A DNA stretch of 40,311 bases, taken from assembly GCA_905178155.1 (NCBI GenBank), contig CAJINV010000002.1:4222285-4262595 (forward strand), given 5' to 3'. Source of the DNA: Amoebophrya sp. A120 (lineage: Eukaryota > Protista > Dinoflagellata). Below the pieces are notes generated by a model. The model ran no database searches, was not told the origin of the DNA, and worked only from the letters and a program-made list of their open reading frames with translations. Positions 36,067-40,311 of the stretch are shown here, piece after piece. How positions within the stretch are numbered: the stretch's first letter is position 1; each line of letters starts with the position of its first letter. Both the position numbers and the translations under genes were made by a program.

Positions 36067-36532
36067 GGCGGTGAGCGATTTCGCAAATCGCAACAGCTTG
36101 AAAAAGTTTGAAAAGTGTGAAAAACTTTTCGGCTTGGGCGATTTTCCCCCCTGCTGCAAAATTTTAACTGCCCCTGCTCAGCAATAGGAGTTATAAAGTT
36201 AAAGGCAACAGGAGCAGGGGCTTGTTATTTACATAATTTCGATCCGCTGGCACCCAACTGCAACTGAGACACCACGACGCACGCACTACTTTTAGTTTTA
36301 CTTCGTAGCTTTCTGTATGAGATTGAATATCTGAGAAAACAAAGACCACATCTCTCGTTTCCTGTACGATAGCAGCAGTCTGATAAGATAAAGATTCAGA
36401 CTATCCTGTTTTTCTATAATTTTGGCTCCCGCGGTGGCTCCTACTACAGTTACAAAGACAATCTATCGTCTTCCAGTTACTTCCTGCTGTTCCCTAGAAG
36501 AAGGAGGCACAATCAGAAGCAAAAAAATCAAA

Positions 36533-39500
36533 ATGTTCATGTTGGGTACAAAAAAACCGTCTTTTCTTGCCGGCGTGGTGCCTGTAGTTGCGCTTGTGGT
36601 CGGCGCGCTTCTGCTATCAAATGCAAAAATGTCTGGGTCTGGAAGAATGCAAGTTTGTCATGCTTGTCTGGCATGACTCGAGAATCTGTGTTGCATAGGC
36701 ACGAAAAGGCCCTCTTGCCTGTCATGCAAAAACGCAGTTTGCCATGAAGAATACGTAAGACATGGGAGCCAAAAAAATTGTCATGCATAGCTGCGTATTG
36801 CAGTACGTCTCCCATTCACTTTTAGCATTACAAGTTTCCAGACCCAGACATTTTTGCAATCCATATCTGCAATTCCACGCGACTTTTGCGGATGCGGCCG
36901 CGCAAAAACGTCGTAGCAGTCGCGCACGTATCAAATCTAAAAATGTCTGGGTCTGGAAGAATGCAACTTGTGATGCTATTTTTGGAAGCCAAAAAAATCT
37001 GTATTGCATGAGCAGCAAGAGGCGCCCAGTTTTTGCTCCGCGGAGAAGGGATTTCTCATGCGGGATAGGCATCAAGATGCCCGCAAAAAATTTGTGATGC
37101 TGGTGCATACATCAGAGACATCACGGGTCATGCAAAATTTGCATGACAAACCTTGCAATCTTCCAGACCCAGACATTTTTGGAGTTGATAGCACGAAGCG
37201 GTCCTGCTCGTTCCGGACGACGCCTGGAAGAAGAACAGATTCCTGGTGCCGCTCCACGCACATCAATCAGCGAATCGTGCGCCGTGCGCTCCTGCCGCCC
37301 ACAAGGTACCTCATTCATTCTCAATCTAAGCAACGCACTCCAGACATCGCATTCTAGGCATCACAAATAGGACTAGGTCGCGCAGCACCAGCGCGAACCT
37401 CGTGAGGGCCGGAATGGGCTAACCACCTCTGTGGTCCCATTTTTGTACAAAGAATTCCGACAACCATCGGAATTTGCCCGTGACCGATGCCCAAGCGGAC
37501 GGTCAGCGAGAGCAGGTGGGGAGGGGCCTAACCTCCCGCGACTGCCACGCGCGCGCACGTTAAAGTCACGCACCGATATGGCGAAGCTGATGACGCTGGT
37601 CGCTAATGCAGGCACGTCCTGGGCGACCGGAGCGCGGGTCGTACGGCCCAAATCTGAACGAAAGTTCAACGAGGCACGCCATTCCGTGTTGCCGTCCCAT
37701 ACCGGCAGGCACCGCCTGTTCCGCTGCTTCAGCCGGAACCCTCGCTGGATGATGCACCTCTGTGCGCACTCCGGCGGGCTAGTAAGGATCTAGGATGTGA
37801 GGCTGTGAACGGGGTGCGCTTTGCATGTTTTGATCTGCTTATGCTGACGCACGCTGCCACCGCACGGTGGCGCGGACGTCGCGGCGCGGTCCCTGCTGTG
37901 CGCCTCGCTGCTGTATCTAGTAGTACGCAAGACGCTGCGAAGCAGCGCTCGCAGATACGGTTTTACTTATACAGAGCCGTAGTTCCACCACGGTGAAGGG
38001 TGTGACCTTTTGAGAACATACGAAGTAAAGCTGGCAGCCGTCGAGGGGCGCCAGCGCTCTGGGGATTTGGGAAGAAGTTTGCGTTTGCGCCACCGCGATA
38101 TAGCAAATTCTACCCAAATCACATCATGGATCAGGTACCAACAGGGCGGAAGAGCAGATTCCTGGTGCCGCTCCACGTACATCAATCAGCGCGCCTCCCC
38201 GTCTGGAGACAGGTGAACTTCTATCCAATGCAAATAAATATCAATATCTGGGTCGGGAGGATGAATGCAAACTTGTGATGCGCATATTATATTAGTCCTC
38301 ATCCACCATGGACACTAAAAGTTGCCCACTTGTTGTCAACACTGAAAGAGGAAATTTGTAATCCGGATTAGGCATTCGCACCATTGCGAAACCTTCTAAA
38401 AATTTGTGATGTTAATAGGGCTTGCACTATGGCACAGGTTTTGGGTCATGCAAAAACAGCATGACAGACATCTGCACTCGTGCAGACCCAGAGGACATAA
38501 TATTTGCAATGGTGCATAATTTCACGAGCGGGACTCGCTGGAAATCCGGCGGTCATTTACCGGCGATGAACCAATGGTGGTGCCTTCCACTCAATGGAAA
38601 GACTGGACGGTAGAAGACCTGTATAGGCACGTGGAGGAGAGTTTAATCCGCGAGGGAAGAAAATTGCCCTGCGGAAAGGTGGACCTGGTGGTAGACCATT
38701 ACCAGAGCCGGGCTGATAAAGTGGCTGGCCGCGTTGTCGGAAATGTTGTTTTATCAAATGCAAATATGCCTGGGGCTGGAAGATTGGGCAAGTTTGTAGT
38801 GCGCAATTGTATATGAATATGTTGTATGTGAGGACCCGCGTACGCGTTGCCTGTAATGCATTCTCCAGTGATGTAACACCTTCCGCAGAGGCTTTGTCAT
38901 GCCTATCCTGCATCTGAAACGCCCAGCAGGTATTGGCAGAGGCTAAATCTGTTCTAACGCCACCCTGACAGGAGTCAAAGGTCACTGCGATACGATACGG
39001 GTGGTAAAAATCTAAGCCCCTTTTGCTGCTCCTGCAATACAGGCTTTTGTAGCAACAGAGAAATTTACCATGACAAAGCCCATTCTTTCCAGCAGAAAGA
39101 CTCAGTCATGGTTGCAATTGATATACATTGGATCGCCGTCAGACAGGGACTTGGAACCGCGGCGCGCGGCGCTTTATCCTGAGCAAAACCGTCCCCGCCC
39201 CAGAGTTATAAGCAAAGCGGATTTTATGCAATTACAGGTAGGAGCACGTGTAGGTTCAGTGTGCATCTCTATGTTGACTGCCATTTCTTCTACGTGCTAG
39301 TCGTCTTTTGGCACCTGTCCTATAATGCTGTAAAAACAATAAGAAAATGGCTTTCTGATGCGGCTGTCCTTGCTGACCTGCAGGCACTAACTTGTCATGC
39401 GTGATTCCCAAATCTTCATTTTGTGAACTTGTATTGCAGACGAGTTCCCAAATTGTAATTGACTCTGGGTTGGAGGCGACGTGTTTACATAGGATACGCT

Positions 39501-39725
39501 TGTCGAGAGTGCTGCCGCGCGCTGCTGGAGGAGTAGGAGGTGAGGCAGCAGCTGCTCACGTGTTTAGCGTGGTGGTCCACGGAAACGGTAACACGCCCTT
39601 CCCCAATGAATTTCAGCTCCGAAGCGCGGCGGCGCTTTATTTAAACGACAGGTTCGAGCACCCGCGAGTGCGAGACGAACGCGACCGCATCGAGTGCACG
39701 TATGGGCCTGTGAATGCGTGGAACG
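36533..39725 (+). CDS. Gene 4 (3'-partial): signal-peptide protein leading into a DUF285/BspA-like surface-repeat region
   Basis: Hydrophobic N-terminus MFMLGTKKPSFLAGVVPVVALVVGALLQFHATFADA. The frame is maintained across 5 introners and one putative GT-AG intron to FPNEFQLRSAAALYLND...IECTYGPVNAWN, resembling the YGxIxxWDVS lead-in of DUF285 repeats. Confidence 0.6.
36615..36865. mobile_element. Introner family A
   Basis: TIR; DR tctgc/tctgc. Confidence 0.9.
36929..37190. mobile_element. Introner family A
   Basis: TIR; DR gcacg/gcacg. Confidence 0.9.
37306..38134 (+). other. Putative 829-nt GT-AG intron bounded by an AGGTACC direct repeat
   Basis: CAAG|GTACC...TCAG|GTACC; joins RPQ-G-TNRAEEQIP in frame. 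Confidence 0.5.
38222..38518. mobile_element. Introner family A, degenerate
   Basis: DR acttc/atttc; frame preserved. Confidence 0.8.
38752..39123. mobile_element. Introner family A, degenerate
   Basis: TATCAAATGCAA / TTGCAATTGATA; DR decayed (tgttt/tacat); frame preserved. Confidence 0.75.
39175..39496. mobile_element. Introner family I
   Basis: TIR; DR cgctt/cgctt. Confidence 0.85.
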
Positions 39726-39846
39726 TATCCGAGTTGTGCACACGACCCCCATTCCCTTTGTCCGTCTTCATTTGCAGTCGTCATAAACCAAAATTCAAAT
39801 TGTAGCGAGTTCAGTCCTAGCTTTGTCGTTGTACTAGCTTGCATGA
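39726..39846. mobile_element. Introner family G, left part (not closed in the window)
   Basis: TATCCGAGTTGTGCAC..CCCCC start. Confidence 0.65.
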
Positions 39847-40015
39847 TTAATGTATGTTTACTAGCCTCTTGACGCGGGCGTCCCGGACGCCCGCTGGGCT
39901 AGTAGATTTAAAGATAATTCTAAAGATGGGAATGCGTTCAGAAGGTCTGGCTTGGAGTCGAATAGAATGTGGCGAGAAGGTTGAAAAGCATAGCGCTGCC
40001 TGCCGCGAGGAAGAT

Positions 40016-40311
40016 CGTTGCCGCGCCTGCGCCTGTCCTAGCGGCCTCGCAGCTTTAACGCCTTTTGCGGTCCGGCGTCCAGGACGCCGGCCCGCCGTCA
40101 GCCCTTTAGCCGCGTTGCCGCGCCTGCCTGCGCTTGCCCTAGCGGCCTCGCCGCTTTAACGCCTTTTGCGGTCCGGCGTCCAGGACACCGGCCCGCCGCC
40201 AGCCCTTTAGCCGCGTTGCCGCGCCTGCGCTTGCCCTAGCGGCCTCGCCGCTTTAACGCCTTTTGCGGTCCGGCGTCCAGGACGCCGGCCCGCCGTCAGC
40301 CCTTTAGCCGC
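40016..40311. repeat. GC-rich tandem repeat, ~97-101-bp unit, about 3 copies, running off the window
   Basis: CCTAGCGGCCTCGC at 40037, 40138 and 40235. Confidence 0.9.

Noticed and set aside
33415-36187. Long ORFs over the GC-rich spacer and minisatellites
   Set aside because: They are low-complexity translations open in many frames, with no domains and no introners, unlike the real genes.
2594-37108. Recurrent peptides such as FQTQTFLHLI, NAKMSGSG and CAKVSYSY as a protein repeat family
   Set aside because: These are translations of introner TIRs.
1-40311. Autonomous transposase or reverse transcriptase, tRNA/rRNA genes, dinoflagellate spliced-leader relics
   Set aside because: I found no recognisable motif by eye. 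The mobilising enzyme does not appear to be in this window.

Overview
This is eukaryotic DNA, most consistent with a parasitic dinoflagellate (Syndiniales, Amoebophrya-like); that assignment is inferred from intron architecture, not from a database search. The supplied ORF track is largely misleading. Four protein-coding genes, all on the + strand, are interrupted by 63 TIR-bounded introner elements (61 complete, 2 with only one end visible) from at least 9 families. The elements run TAY...RTA, are usually 110-370 nt long, and are flanked by a 5-bp direct repeat (39 of 61 perfect by my manual count). Removing each element plus one 5-bp copy restores the reading frame at every junction. Almost none can be GT-AG introns, and they occur in both orientations. 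The reconstructed genes are: (1) a Cys-rich/PLAT-like protein, <389-8512; (2) an EF-hand protein, 10927-19044; (3) a BRAP2-type RING-H2/ZnF-UBP E3 ligase, 21058-27630; (4) a signal-peptide DUF285-like protein, 36533->39725. Other notable features are a decamer (YTTGTVATGC) shared by nearly all introner families, a 1.3-kb element with a 17-bp duplication that sits inside introners exactly at that decamer (two copies), and a 7.7-kb gene-free stack of satellites. All coordinates and counts were derived by hand.
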